Of a stretch of DNA of 64,000 bases, positions 51,001-64,000 are shown piece after piece. A program made the position numbers and the translations under genes. The stretch is from Octopus vulgaris. Its lineage: Eukaryota. The DNA lies in NCBI GenBank assembly GCA_951406725.2, contig OX597830.1, positions 25,234,001 through 25,298,000 on the forward strand, in the 5' to 3' direction. The notes under the pieces were generated by a model. That model was not told the DNA's origin. It saw nothing but the letters and a program-made list of their open reading frames with translations, and did no database searches. Position 1 is the stretch's first letter. Every line of letters begins with the position of its first letter.

Positions 51001-52859
51001 CCTAACGCCAACCACTCCGTGAGTGTAGTGGGTGTTTTTTACATGCCACCAGCACAAGGGCCAGACGAGGCTGGCAAATGGCCACGATCGGTTGGTGCTT
51101 TTACGTGTCACCGACACAGACGCCAGTCAGTCGGCGCTGGCATCTGCCACGTTCGGATGGTGCTTTTTACGTGTCACTGGCACAAGTGTCTTAATAACAA
51201 TTTCAATTTGATTTCTATTTTTTATTTATGTAGCAGCTAAAATACTGCAAACATGTTACTAAGTATGACCGTCAAATCCAATGACAGTCATATATTTAAT
51301 TACGCTTTTGAACAGACAACAATCAAATTCACTGGCTGGTCTCCTTGGTGTGACTACTTGGAGTAGACCATCCCCATTTCTCTCTCTCCTCTCTTCCATG
51401 CATTCTCCTCTCATACCAGCATTTCCTTGCTTCTGTCCTTAAAGTGTACCACTGCCATTCTGTAAACACTTCTCCTCTTACAGTACCTCAATTTCACCAG
51501 TACACTGCTTTGCAATTCAGAATACCTCATACTTATGATCCTCGCATTTCAGGGCACACACAAACCTTTCTTCAGCTTCTACCTTTAAGCATACGTGATG
51601 TCTAATTTCTCTTCTAGCTACATGATATTGCCCTTTTGCCCTTTTCTTTCTTCTAATTTTTAGAGGCCAGTCTCTTAACTTTTATGGTTCTATCTGCTAT
51701 CATGTCACTTGCTGTTTGGTTGTAACTTTGCACTGACCACAGATCTGGTCTTAAAACTCTTAACAGATTGTCCTGTAACTCCCAGTTACCCTTTCAGTTG
51801 TAAGTCAGGAGTATCAAACATATGGCTTGCAGCAATATTTACTTCAGCCCCTGGCTTAAATTTGTAGAAAAAATTAATTCTATTATTATATTTTTCAATT
51901 CTAAAATATTCTGTACAATATACATGTCTAGCACATGTTCAGAGTTGGAGCCTAATTAGAGCTGTGATTAACATGAGTTCCAATTAATCAAACTGGTATA
52001 CCTTAGAGAATGAGAAAGCTTATTAATCTATATACATAATGTGACCTATTTGCCCTTCACTTTGTCTCTTCATGCTTAGCCAAGCAATAGTTTTTCTTCT
52101 TCAAATTTATGCACATGTTCATCCGAATGGATTCTAGTGATATGAACAATATTGAAACATTTTGCAGCTGAAACTGCAAGCTTTCTATCAAGTATTGATC
52201 TTCTCAAGAACTGTATGCATTCATTTGGACAATTTCTATCACCATTTTCACTCTATATACTCTTACTTAATCAGACTGTGTATATACCATCTGGATGAGC
52301 TTATCTCACTCATCTCTGCACACACACAATTTGCTAACACCTTGCATCTTTCTGTTGTGTGGAAGCAGAACACCCCTATTGGTTGGCTCCTAATGGACTG
52401 TGCCACAATATAAATGGACATACGCAGAGAGCCTTCAGAGTAGAGTACAGCCGAGAGTTATTACCAGTATCTTGAGTAGAACAACTTGTGAGGACGTTAT
52501 TATTATCCTGTTATCTCGTACATCAAACATGCAATACAACACTTACCCTTGTTGAAAATAAAGTTTGTTTTAATGTATATTAATTACTTTATCCATTTAC
52601 TTAGGTCTAAATTATGAATATGGTATTTTTGGAATAAGATCTAGTTTATGCTTCAGGCCAATCAGGTTTGACAATCTTCTGAACTGATGACTAGTCAAGG
52701 GTTCTTTCAGCTTCCACATCTTCTTTCACTAGACTGTCTCATCTATGCATTTGTCCAGCTCTTACTCAAAAGTCACTAATCAGTAATCAATGTAGAGTAG
52801 TACATTCTTCACCTTGTAAAAATTAAGTATTCACCACCATATACCTATCTCATTTTTTT

Positions 52860-53150
52860 TCCCCCTGGTAATTGTGAAGTCTATCTGGTTGGTTTCCTGA
52901 AATTAAGTGTTACAAATGATAAGTCATTTGCATCACCACAAAACTTTGGAAGCCTTGATCCCTGTTCATTCCTTGCACTATAACCATAGCCATGAAGTAT
53001 GTTAGACAAGATACTATGGTGTTGCCTAGTTCTGATGAAGTCACTGTCATTTACTGTCAAAGTAGTTTTGCATAAGGGCCTCATGAAAGTGATCCTTCTC
53101 TTCATCTACCAGCCTTGATTATGGAGCATATTGCTACAACAACGTCCATA
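52860..53150 (-). mobile_element. RTE endonuclease-domain remnant
   Basis: Minus strand ..HGYGY.ARNEQG.RL..FC...NDL...NFRKP...TY resembles the APE domain of RTE LINEs. Confidence 0.5.
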
Positions 53151-53380
53151 AGATAAGTAAGCTTAATTATTCTATTCTACTGCACACAGGTTACCTCAAC
53201 TGCTCAATTCTATATATATACAAAACATACAGACACATAGTAAGTGTTGAAACTTTAAGAGATATGTGAATTGAGGGTGCTTAAGTGGAAGAGATACAAG
53301 ACAAGCCAACTCCAAGGAAGACAGACCATTATATAGAATGGTCTTGGGAATCTGAATCTTTAGCTTAATACACACATACA

Positions 53381-53424
<44 letters not shown>

Positions 53425-54628
53425 TTTATATCTTTTACTTGTTTCAATCATTAGACTGTGGCCATGCTGGGGTACCACCTTGAATTTTTAATCAAATAAA
53501 TCAAACCAGTACATTTTTTTTTCTAAGCCTGGTACTTTTTATGTGGACATAAACCCATCAACACTGGTTGTCAAGTGACGTAGTGGAAGACAAAGACATA
53601 CACACACACACACACATATATATATACACACGGCAAGCTTGTTTCAGTTTCTATCTACTAAATCCACTCCCAAGGCTTTTGGTTGGCCCAAACCCAGAAC
53701 CATGTGATTAGGAAGTAAACTTTACATAGCTACACCTGCATATATGTGTGGATGTGTGTGTAATGATCATAATTTTACACCTCTTTTGAATGCTGGCATT
53801 GGTTTAATGGCTCATCGCACTCCCAGTCATTTCTTATTCAGAGCTACTGCCCTCCTAGACAGGCTGGAGGCTCATGTCTCACTTGTATATTCCATTTTTG
53901 ACATGGTTTCTATGGTTGGGTGCCCTTACCAACTCCAACAACTGTACTGGCTGCATTTTAATGTGGCACCAGCACTGGAGAGATTGTTAAGTGCTCAATA
54001 CTACTGAAGAATCTACTTCATTCTTTGTCATTAACCAACCATTTTACTGAGTGTGCTGGGGAATTTTATCATGGCACCAGCACTAAAGAGAGAGAGAGAG
54101 GGAGGGAGAATAAAAACGAGAGAAAAGTTGCCATGCTCCCTGCAAGACTAAAGAGTCCTCTTTCTATACGTAAGGTCACTTTAGACTTACAAACATGACT
54201 GAGAGTGTGAATAAAAGGGAAGTAATGATGAAGCCGATAGGGGATGAGGTGGAGATATAGTAATAGGAAGATAAAGGAGGGAGAAATGGAAGAGAGACAG
54301 TGAAAGCTACATACTAGTTGTTGGTTGAATAGAAAATAGGATGATGGTACAGCAATAAAAATGTCATGGTCGTGTGTACATGTGTATATATATTTATATG
54401 AGTGTGTGTTCTTTTATTCTTTTACATGTTTCAGTCATCTGACTACGGCCATGCCAGAATACCACTTTAAAGGGATTTTTAGTCGAAGAAATCTTTGTAA
54501 GCCTAGTATTTATATTATTAGTCTCTTTTGCTGAACCACTAAGTTACGGAGACAAACACAGCAAAATCGGTTCTCAAGCGATGGTGGGGGGGACAAACAC
54601 AGACACAAATTATATATATATATATATA

Positions 54629-54925
54629 TCTTTATATATAAAAGTGAGGTTGTGTGCTGTCTGTCTCCTACGATTTAGATTCCTAACTACTCCCACATTT
54701 TGCGGTGCAGTTTAACCTAAAGCGGGTATCTTATAGTCGTGATTCATATCGAGCCCTTCTGGGTATTAGCGCGCGTCTACGATGAGTCTACGATTTAAAA
54801 AAAAATTACCATCATTTTTTCCCATTTTTAATGCATTTTTTGCTATTATATAAGGGAAGTAACTCTCTTAAAATGCTTATATAGTTATTTCCCTTACAAA
54901 CCCGAGCAACGCCGGGCGATGCTGC
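54629..54925 (+). mobile_element. Non-autonomous Helitron-like element inserted in a SINE microsatellite
   Basis: 5' TCTTTATATATAAAAG and 3' hairpin CCCGAGCAACGCCGGG. The terminal CTAG is not intact. Confidence 0.65.
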
Positions 54926-56978
54926 GACACACACACACGACAGGCTTCTTTCAGTTTCCGTCAACTAAATTTACTCACAAGGCTTTGGTCGATCTGAGGC
55001 TATAGAAAAAGACACTTGTCCAAGTTGCCACGCAGTGGGACTGGACCCGGAACCACGTGGTTAGGATGCATGACTGATAACTGATGAGGGATGAACATGG
55101 CAACGTCTCGTGTGTGATTTTTCTGTGTTCCTTTGTCGTCCTTCTGTGCAATGTTTTACTGTTATATTTATATTACGCACACATACACAATGTGTATACA
55201 CAAACACACACACACACTTATGCAAAGCATATACAGTATGTACATGCATTTGTATTTATTTAAAGAAAATTGTGTGTGTGTGTGTGTGTGTTTTACTACT
55301 TACAACTCAGCATCAATGGCCTCACAATAGCAAACATGTCGTGAAGGCTTTTTAACTAGGAAGCAAAACAAAGACCAAAATCGCACAATAAGAAACAATG
55401 CACGTCATCTTGTTGACAATAATAGCAAAAATATTGAGTTGCAGAACCTGGGACTTAACAAACAATAGCATGTGCCAGGGTGGTAGTGGTGACTGTAATA
55501 TTCGGGGTGGTTGTTTAGCCACAGGTCAACTATAATTGAGCATATTTATGACCAAAAACGCTCCAGTCGTGGCTATATCAAAATACTACATAATCTAATG
55601 TATCTGGGTTTTTTTATTTAAGTCGGTAAAACATTTGAGGAAATGTGTTTAGCAGGTCAAGTGATTGTGAAGAGTCTCCCTTGCTACCTCATATCGCATT
55701 ATAAATAATGGTGGTGAGGTAGAAGACGTGGTGGAAAACAAGATTTCACGTCTAACAGTTGGACAACCTACGAGAAAGGAGACACTAAACACACATACAC
55801 ACACACACGCGTGGACACAACAGACAAATGAAACGGCCAAATGATGAGTGACGCCTTCCTTCCTTAAGGGAGCAAGCTTTTGTAACGACTGACAACATGA
55901 ATGAATTGGCTTCGCGGGGCGCGGGGGGAGGGGGGGAGATGTTTGCGTTTCTAGGAGTGTGCAAGTACACTTTAGCTCTCTCTCTCTCTCTCCTCTCTCT
56001 CTGTAAAAAAGACAGAGCGAAACAGATAGCAATGGGGTGATAGACGTTGTCACTGCATGTTTATGCGTCTGGGAGTTGCGTAAGAAGTGTGTTTGAGTGT
56101 TGGATTTGGGAGCAAGACGTATGGATTAAAAGGGGCTGGCGGCTCTGTTTGTGATTCGATAAATGTTGTTTAGCAAGAAATCCGAGCTGATCAAACAGAA
56201 CTTACAATTAATCGCATTTTAATCGTGGTATTTTTTCAGACTACATTATTCAATGTGTTCTTTCACTTTTAAGACGGTGGCGTATAAGTTTGGAGTAGAT
56301 ATGACTGCTACTATTTTTAGCAGATCGAGTGATCTTGGGGAGGGGGGTGAATTGGTCTAAGAGGACTGCGTATATCAGCAAGAAGCTTCGAGATTGTTTA
56401 ATATGTGCGTTTAAAGAGGACAGTGACACTGATTAAGATTTAAAATATATATGAAACAGCATTATAAATTATGTTTATAGTCAACAAAAGTTACGTAACG
56501 TGAATGATTGACACAACCTGCATGATTTTAAAGACAATTAGCAATATAAACAACCATACTTCGACAAGAGACTTTTCTGTGGTCATCAATTACTGATTCC
56601 ATATACATTTTATTTCTTCGCGTTTCTTCAAATCAAATCCCGCAAAAGTTGACAAACCCGTTTATTCCCCCGTAGGGAGAAGTTTAATACAGTTAATTTG
56701 ACAACTTATATATTTCTTTACTGCCCACAAGGAGCTAAACACAGAGAGGACAAACAAGGACAGACATAGGTATTAAGGCGATTACATCGACCCCAGTGCA
56801 TAACTGGTACTTAATTTATCGACCCCGAAAGGATGAAAAGCAAAGTCGACCTCGGACCGTAACGGCAGACGAAATACGGCTACGCATTTCGCCCGGCGTG
56901 CTAACGATTCTGCCAGCTCGCCGGCCTCTTAATTTAAGGCGTACTTCCTTTCCCACACTCCAACGCACACAAAATCTG

Positions 56979-57067
56979 CGGAGGTAAAAAATACGTACAC
57001 AACCCGTTTTCGGCATAATAAAAACCCTAACCCTAAACACTGTATGTACGTATTCTCTACTTTTGCC
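56979..57067. mobile_element. Second copy (reverse orientation) of the TTAGGG-core mini-element
   Basis: The reverse complement aligns with 3120-3214. CCCTAACCCTAA core, flanked by cacaaaa(a)tct duplications. Confidence 0.7.
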
Positions 57068-58632
57068 ACAAAAATCTTATAGATGAATGCCTCACAAAAT
57101 TAGTCTAAGTTACATAGGGTCAGGGTTTCGGCTACTGGGAAGCGAGTGCACCGTAAAATGTATGGCAAAACATGTCTCAGCAAATTGCTTTCCACTGTTA
57201 TAAAACAGGTACTTTGTAAAGTAACAATATAAACAATAATTCGCATTAAATAACACCACCCCAGAGGAAAATTAAAGGATAACACTGACTACATCCGTAA
57301 ACAAACAAAAGTGGTGGGTCGCATACCAAACCTTGCGCCTAACACTACACCCAATAAGTTTTATTAGTTTGAATCCAGCAAGATACGTTCATAAAATAGT
57401 AACTGACAGTGCAATGTTTGTTTAATTGATAGAAACAGCTTATTTTGGGTTGAACAAAGACAAATAGTCCTCATAAAACGAATTAATTTGTAGTATAATG
57501 GACACTCATTGGAGTTCAAAATGTCCAAATTTTCATTTGGTCACACAAATGTCTACACATTTGTTGATAAGGTTACAAGGAATAACGTTTAGATGACCAA
57601 ACCATATGTTGCAATTTCCAACATGGGGTGTGTGGTTAATAAGCTCGCTTTGCAACCATATGGTTTCGGTTTCAGTCTCACTACACGGCATTTTGAAAAA
57701 GAGACTTTTGCTATGGAGTCCCGGGCCGACCAATCCCTTATGAGTGAATTTGGTAGGCAGAAACTGTGTGGAATCCCATAGTGTGTATGCAAGCGCGTAT
57801 TTTTTGTCTGTGTTTCCCACCACTGCTCGACAAACGGTGTCGGTTTGTTTACGACCCCATAACATAGCGGTTCGGCAATAAATACCCATAAGGTAAGTAC
57901 CAGACTTGAAAAGATTCGATCGATTAAACCCCTTCAAGGGGGTACCCCAGCATGGTCGCAGTCTAATGACCGAAACAAAAAAACTTAAATAAGAGCGCTG
58001 TAACAGTGATAATGAAAGCAATGATTTCCGGAAAGAAACTATAGACACAAAAGTTTAAAATATTCCTTCTTCCAAAAGTATCAGAAGCAGCAAGAACGAA
58101 CCAAATCAGTCAAAGTAAGTCATTATTTTGTTTCCAATTCGAAATGGTTCATATAATAACAGCGGAGACGAATCATTTTACAAAAGTTAAAGAGGATTAC
58201 CGTAATTGAAATTAGGGTATTTTTGCCATAAATATAATAAACGAACATTTTTAGAATGTCAATCGGCATTATCATTTTGGCTAATAATTCACTGTATATG
58301 GTGATATCTGAACAAAATTTAAATAACATTACATTTCAGGGTTTTTATCTCGACTTACCTATAATTAAGAATAGTTTTGAAAGGAAAAAAATTGGCAATA
58401 GATTTATTGTAAAGAACACACTGTTGAGATGTATGTGAATTACTTTACTCTTTTACTTGTTTCAGTCATTTGACTGCGGCCATGCTGGAGTACCGCCTTT
58501 AATCGAGCAACTCGACCCCGGGACTTATTCTATCGGTCTCTTTTGCCGAACCGCTAAGTTACGGGAACATAAACACACCAGCATCGGTTGTCAAGCAATG
58601 CTAGGGGGACAAACACAGACACACACACACAC

Positions 58633-58684
<52 letters not shown>

Positions 58685-59238
58685 GACGGACTTCTTTCAG
58701 TTTCCGTCTACCAAATCCACTCACAAGGCTTTGGTCGGCCCGAGGCTATAGTAGAAGACACTTGCCCAAGGTGCCACGCAGTGGGACTGAACCAGGAACC
58801 TGACAATTAAAAAAATCTTTTGCCGAAATTCATGATCATTTCAGGCTAAAAACACATAGGTATTTTAGAAACATAATACAATGTTTTCTGGCTTAGGTAC
58901 AAGGCCGGCAATTTTTAGGGGACGGGTGTTACGTCGATACCAGCTACCCAAGTAATTTACTTCGTAGAGCCCGGAGGGATAAAAGGCAAAACAAAGCTGA
59001 CCTCGATGGGAACTGAACTAAGAAGGTAAAGAGCAGGAACAAATATTGTAAAACATTTTTTTCTCTGACGTTCAACCATTCCACCTAAGGCTTTTTGTAG
59101 AAAGAAATAACATGATTTTATAACGATCTGAATATATCGAACTTTAAAATGGATTTGTAAGGAGACTTACGAATATCTGGCAAAGAAGGGATTTAAAAAA
59201 AAAAATCTTTTTCAAGGAAGAATCTGCTAAAACTGAAC

Positions 59239-59465
59239 CTGTGGTTCCCACTCAGAGTCCATGACACCAGGAGGTCCACACAAACAAAACAGTAAATTTC
59301 GTCCAGTGTTATTTGAAAGTGAATGCGTGCTGAACAAAATAGGTATTTTGAAATAAGTATCTATAAAACTAGTTTTTAAATATCAAATAGCTACGGGAGT
59401 CCACCAGAATTAATAAAATAATCGGTAGGGGAGGGTCATATATAAAAAATGGTTGAGAACCCCTG
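59239..59465. mobile_element. Older hAT MITE
   Basis: C(t)GTGGTTCCCA...GGTTGAGAACCCCTG ends with a degenerate 8-bp TSD. Confidence 0.55.
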
Positions 59466-60257
59466 GTCTAAACAGACAGACAAATATGGTTACGTTTAAG
59501 AAAAATACCAGGTTGGTCTATAACAGCAGAAAGCAAAAATTATAACTAAATCCAACAGACAATCAGGTCAAGCTAGAATATCTACTGTGAATATTTAATA
59601 TCTATAATGTCGAATAGTATTAATTTAATACCGAAAGACACTGGAGCAGACATTTGAGTCCAAGAAGCAATTTCTGATATTTGCCTCTTACAAGCGTCAT
59701 GTCATTCATTATCGGACTCAAAAATTTACAAAAATAGACAATGATTCTCTATTTTGCAGTTACTACAATATTTAAAATGTAAAAAAAATCACCTGCATAA
59801 TAAATGTGAACATCGCAAAATATTTCTTTCTTCTTAATTCTGAAAGAACATGAATTCTTCCAATAAAAAAATGCAAGTTATTCTCCAAGACAAATTTAAT
59901 TATGGCTGACAAGTTCTGAACGAATTTAGTTTTCTACCGACGTAAACTATCGAAATATATACGTTACATACAACAAACAGGGACAAGTGATAATTTCTTA
60001 TATACACAAGTATGATGCTCAATATATCTATATAGACATATACGTATTTATTTTCTTCTCCAGGAGATTAGAAGTAACTTGTACAGGGAAATCTATTAAG
60101 CTATGTAAACTTAGGCAGTTCTTAGGAATCGAAATCAAAACGCAGACTCAGATTGAAGGTAACGCTGCAATCAACCAAACACTAAAGCCTATTGTCTATA
60201 TTTATCCTGCATACCTTTAAATATATACCTAATCATTATCATCTGTGATGAGAATTT

Positions 60258-60292
<35 letters not shown>

Positions 60293-62603
60293 CAGAAAAA
60301 GAAAACAAACATGAAAAGAGACACAACAGTCAATCTCCTTCAAGTCACAAGATCAGACCATCACTCTTTATAGTCTTAGATACTCATAAAAAAAGCGGAG
60401 TTTGAATGCTTTTGACCACACATGCCTGTCAGCTCGATCAGCGTTGACCCGGGGCTAAACAACACCAAATAGTCATTTGATTATCACAACTGAAAGCTTC
60501 ATTTCTCCGGGACAATTTTCTGTGAGAATGGGATCTGTACAGCTTTTATATTTTTGTTCACTTGTCACTACAGGTCTTGACAAAAGCGTTAAACGTCACG
60601 AAATCACGTTTTCTTTTCCCTTTTCTCACCCACCCACCTCTAGCTACAAATAGGATTTCTGTTCACCTACCCACTGGTATTTAAGTTTATTATTACGAGA
60701 GAAGTTATTAATTGCAAAGAAAGCTGGATCGGTCAGTCAGTTAATTGAGTCTCCTTTCTCCTTGTCCCTTAATTCACATACTAAATGATGATTATGGTGT
60801 CGAGTACATGGTTCACGTTGCGATTAACACACACACACAGACAGAGAAAGGAAGAGACAGAAGTGAGAAGGCAGGGGGTAAGAAAGCCAGGGAGTGTCGG
60901 CAGGGGGGAAGAGAAACAGCAAAATAGGAGCTTAAGGAACAGAAATTTTTAAAAAATTTTGACAATGGATATAATTTTAGAGACGAACGCAATTCATCAC
61001 GTGTGTGTGTGTGTATATATATGTACACACAGATACACAGAAATTGGTGCATATATATCGACCTAGCACGAAAAAAAAATCGGATAGGAAGTAAAACCCA
61101 GAGCACATGTTTGCATAAAGCGACTTGATAGGACTGATAAGAAAAGCCGAAGGTGGGCGTTCGACCTGGTACAAAAAGCAGCAAAATCTTCGAATCACAT
61201 TATACACTTCTCCTTTTCTTTTAAGACACACTGGATAATGTAGCTCTAGATACGCTGCCTGGATAAAAGACGAGATGGTCAAGGCTGGTGTGCCTTTGAC
61301 AATAGGCCAGCTGAATTAGAGCTGGACTGAGACCGAACGCTACAACGACCAACTCTGGTTACTTCACGTTACTAGAAACAGCCAAATCATGAAAATGTGC
61401 CCCAATGTCTTAAAACTAAAGCATGGTTAGAGCACGATACATGCCCGAAAAAAAAAGAAGAAAAAAGATGGGATAGTTGCAGCTGGAGAGCTTTGGTTCT
61501 AGACGTTTTTCGGTTTCAATCAGCACAGAACTGGGACTAAACAACTATAGAGAAAACCAAAAAGTATTCCATCCAATCTCTTAGATTCCTTATACTAATA
61601 ATCTACAACACCATTGTTTATATGAAAACACTCCACTTACCATCCGAAACTAGAATTTTATATAAGCAGTCAAATAACAAACATTAGAATGACTAAGAAA
61701 ATATGAGGTCTCTCAGAATGAATTTGATTATTTTACAATTTAAAAAATAAAAAAAAATCTCTTTCTCTCTCTTATATCTATATTACACAAACACATACAT
61801 GTATATACAAGGGAGAGGATATATGTTATGTAGAGACGGTATATATATATAATATACTCTCTCTCTCTCATACACACACTGATATTTCGTTATGACAAAA
61901 TTCCTTAAACCATTCAAATGCTTTCTTAATACGATCGCGTTTTTATACACACAGCATAATTATATACACGTATATTATTTAACAGACACACACGCTTAGT
62001 CGATAGTTTCCCTTCTTTCGTTTGAGGCTGGTGATTCGCAGCGTCGCTACTCAGAGTATCTCAAATAATGTGCCATCCCTCAGGTAATAAAAACAGAAAA
62101 TATATATGTGTGTACGTGGTGCGTATGTGCAAAATTTTAACGGCGAAAATATCAACACGGAAGACTTGAAATTGTCCATGAAAGAAACGTGACTGGTTTT
62201 GGAAGAGTCAAGATGCTAAACTAATTCTTAGAAGAAGAGCACATTTAAAAAGACGACAATCGTCCTAAATAAACACAAATACAAAGTAATTCTGTCTCAG
62301 TATGTGTATGTATATATATATATATATATATGTATTTATATACACACACATTCATACGCATGTGTACATTTCGTACACGTATATAGAAAGCAGTTACTAA
62401 GAGCATGTGTATGTATATGGTGCATGTAGTAAAAAAAGCAAGATTGCTCTCACGGTGATGGCTAAAAACAGGCCAAAGCACATCTGTATAGAAACCTGCA
62501 TGTAGCCAGATATATATACTTATATACAGGTATCCACATAGAAGCACGGGTGTATGTATATATACATATACCTGTATGTAAAAAGGATTAAAGAGAAGCT
62601 CAC

Positions 62604-62615
62604 CGTTTTCGCCAT
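62604..62615 (-). CDS. Nop6-like RRM gene, first coding exon (MAKT)
   Basis: Minus strand gacATGGCGAAAACG|GTGAG in a CpG-rich promoter-like context. Phase 0 matches the next exon. Confidence 0.65.
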
Positions 62616-62696
62616 GTCGACGTTGAATGTTTATCGTCCTTTTTGTTGTGATAGTGTCGACGGGGGAGGGGGAATGTAACTTTCCGGTTTAGTATA

Positions 62697-62715
62697 GCAC
62701 TGCCCTCTGCTGGCT
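62697..62715 (-). promoter_or_regulatory. CTCF-like motif in the promoter of the RRM gene, with ETS-like TTCCGG at 62682-62687
   Basis: Minus strand GCCAGCAGAGGGCAGTG matches the CTCF consensus CCASYAGRKGGCR. It lies ~85 nt upstream of the ATG in a CpG-rich stretch. Confidence 0.6.
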
Positions 62716-63532
62716 CAGTCGTTCGACGCTTCAGCCGATAAGCAAGGGGATATAATTCAGATAATGACACCTTTTTTCATTTATTTATCTATTTATTTAT
62801 TTATTAATACCCGCGTCCTCTGTCGAGTTTGTCTTTTAATGAAATGAATTTAAATATCCAAAGCTCTGTTTCTTTCTTTCTTTTAGTTCTATTCTTGACT
62901 GTAGTGATTTCATTTCATTTACCGTTAATAAGAAATTAGGAAAAACACTTTTCACCACCTTTATTAAATTTAAGGCTTTGTATCGTGCAAATAGTTTTTT
63001 TTTTTTCTCTTTTTTTTTTTTACATCGACGCTTGATGGACCTACGAGAAATAGCAGCTAAATTTCCATCAAATTATACCATGATTGTTTAAAAAGAAGCC
63101 CATATTAGATAATGTAACCCCAGATATTCCTCTCCGCCTAAAAAAAAAAAAGACCCTAGACGATAGAGACAGGAATTATGTCTTGGGTTCTAGCTCTGCT
63201 CGATAAGGATTGACCAGAAGCTAAACAACTAAAAAGCAATCTGAAGGTGTTTGTGAATCCTAACAACTATGATAACTATTTCTCCAATAAGTTCGTTAAG
63301 ATTAAGACTCTGGTTACATTAATTTCGATTCTTAATTACCGTAACGCCACTTATAATGTTGATAAATTATTTCATTTCTAGGTTGAAAACCAAAGGGACC
63401 AGCCCAATTGAGTTTTGATCGCTAAGAGAGTTAAAATACCGAAAGCATTAGCCGGGGATTTTGTTAAAATGATATGCAATTGATCGTTTCATATATTGAA
63501 GCAAATTCACCGCTTCCTTGCAGAGGTTTGGC

Positions 63533-63573
<41 letters not shown>

Positions 63574-64000
63574 GAACATTGTGATTGTCAGAAATAAGCA
63601 GTTGACCAGAAAGATTCTTATCTCATCCGGTTAATCTTTGAAACTTGAGCTAAGCACTAGCTATTAAGAGTTACTCATGAATACAGGATGAGAGTCCTTT
63701 ATAATAACCACCTCATCACCAGCGTAATTATAAACTGGCTTTTGAGTCATCCAGAGAGTTCGTGATGGGTATAACGGCAGTCCTACTGTCCTATTGTTCT
63801 GGATAAATAACTTCTAAACGCCCAAGTTCATCACAGAGCTTTAGAATAATACTGCTAATGAATGTAAAGGAGTATTTATGCCCATTTTTAATTTCTGGCG
63901 TTATCTTTTTTCTTTTATTTGTTTCATTCATTGAACTTTGGCCACTTGCTTAAAGGATTTAGTCGTACAAGTCGACCACAGTATTTATTTTAAAGTCTGA

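Noticed and set aside
52540-52570. Minus-strand ttttcaacaAG-G-GTAAGT as a 1-nt exon or recursive splice site
   Set aside because: The acceptor is weak, and the 55-nt exon at 41912-41966 already resolves the phase. Probably a chance donor.
57533-58048. 171-aa - strand ORF
   Set aside because: Antisense reading of a family A SINE.

Overview
AT-rich, repeat-dense eukaryotic (metazoan) genomic DNA. The SINE and microsatellite repertoire suggests an octopod cephalopod, which is an inference. Two convergent, intron-containing genes can be rebuilt from splice sites and phases. (1) On the + strand, an MPPED1/2-family metallophosphoesterase: coding exons 8256-8286, 10724-11005, 17732-17951, 21200-21315, 24217-24327 and 26094-26218, about 294 aa. 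(2) On the - strand, a Lys-rich single-RRM protein resembling fungal Nop6 / S. pombe C365.04c: coding exons 62615-62604, 41966-41912, 37329-36949, 35426-35332 and 31456-31289, about 236 aa, with a CTCF-like site just upstream. The rest is tRNA- and RTE-tail SINEs, LINE fragments (CR1, RTE, Hero/R2-like), MITEs (hAT, piggyBac, Tc/mariner), Helitron-like elements and microsatellites. The most unusual items are an ORF1-only (HAL1-like) L1/Tx1-type retroelement, a ~90-bp TIR element family with a TTAGGG core, a possible uORF/alternative-start switch and an in-frame internal donor in MPPED, and several fold-back structures.
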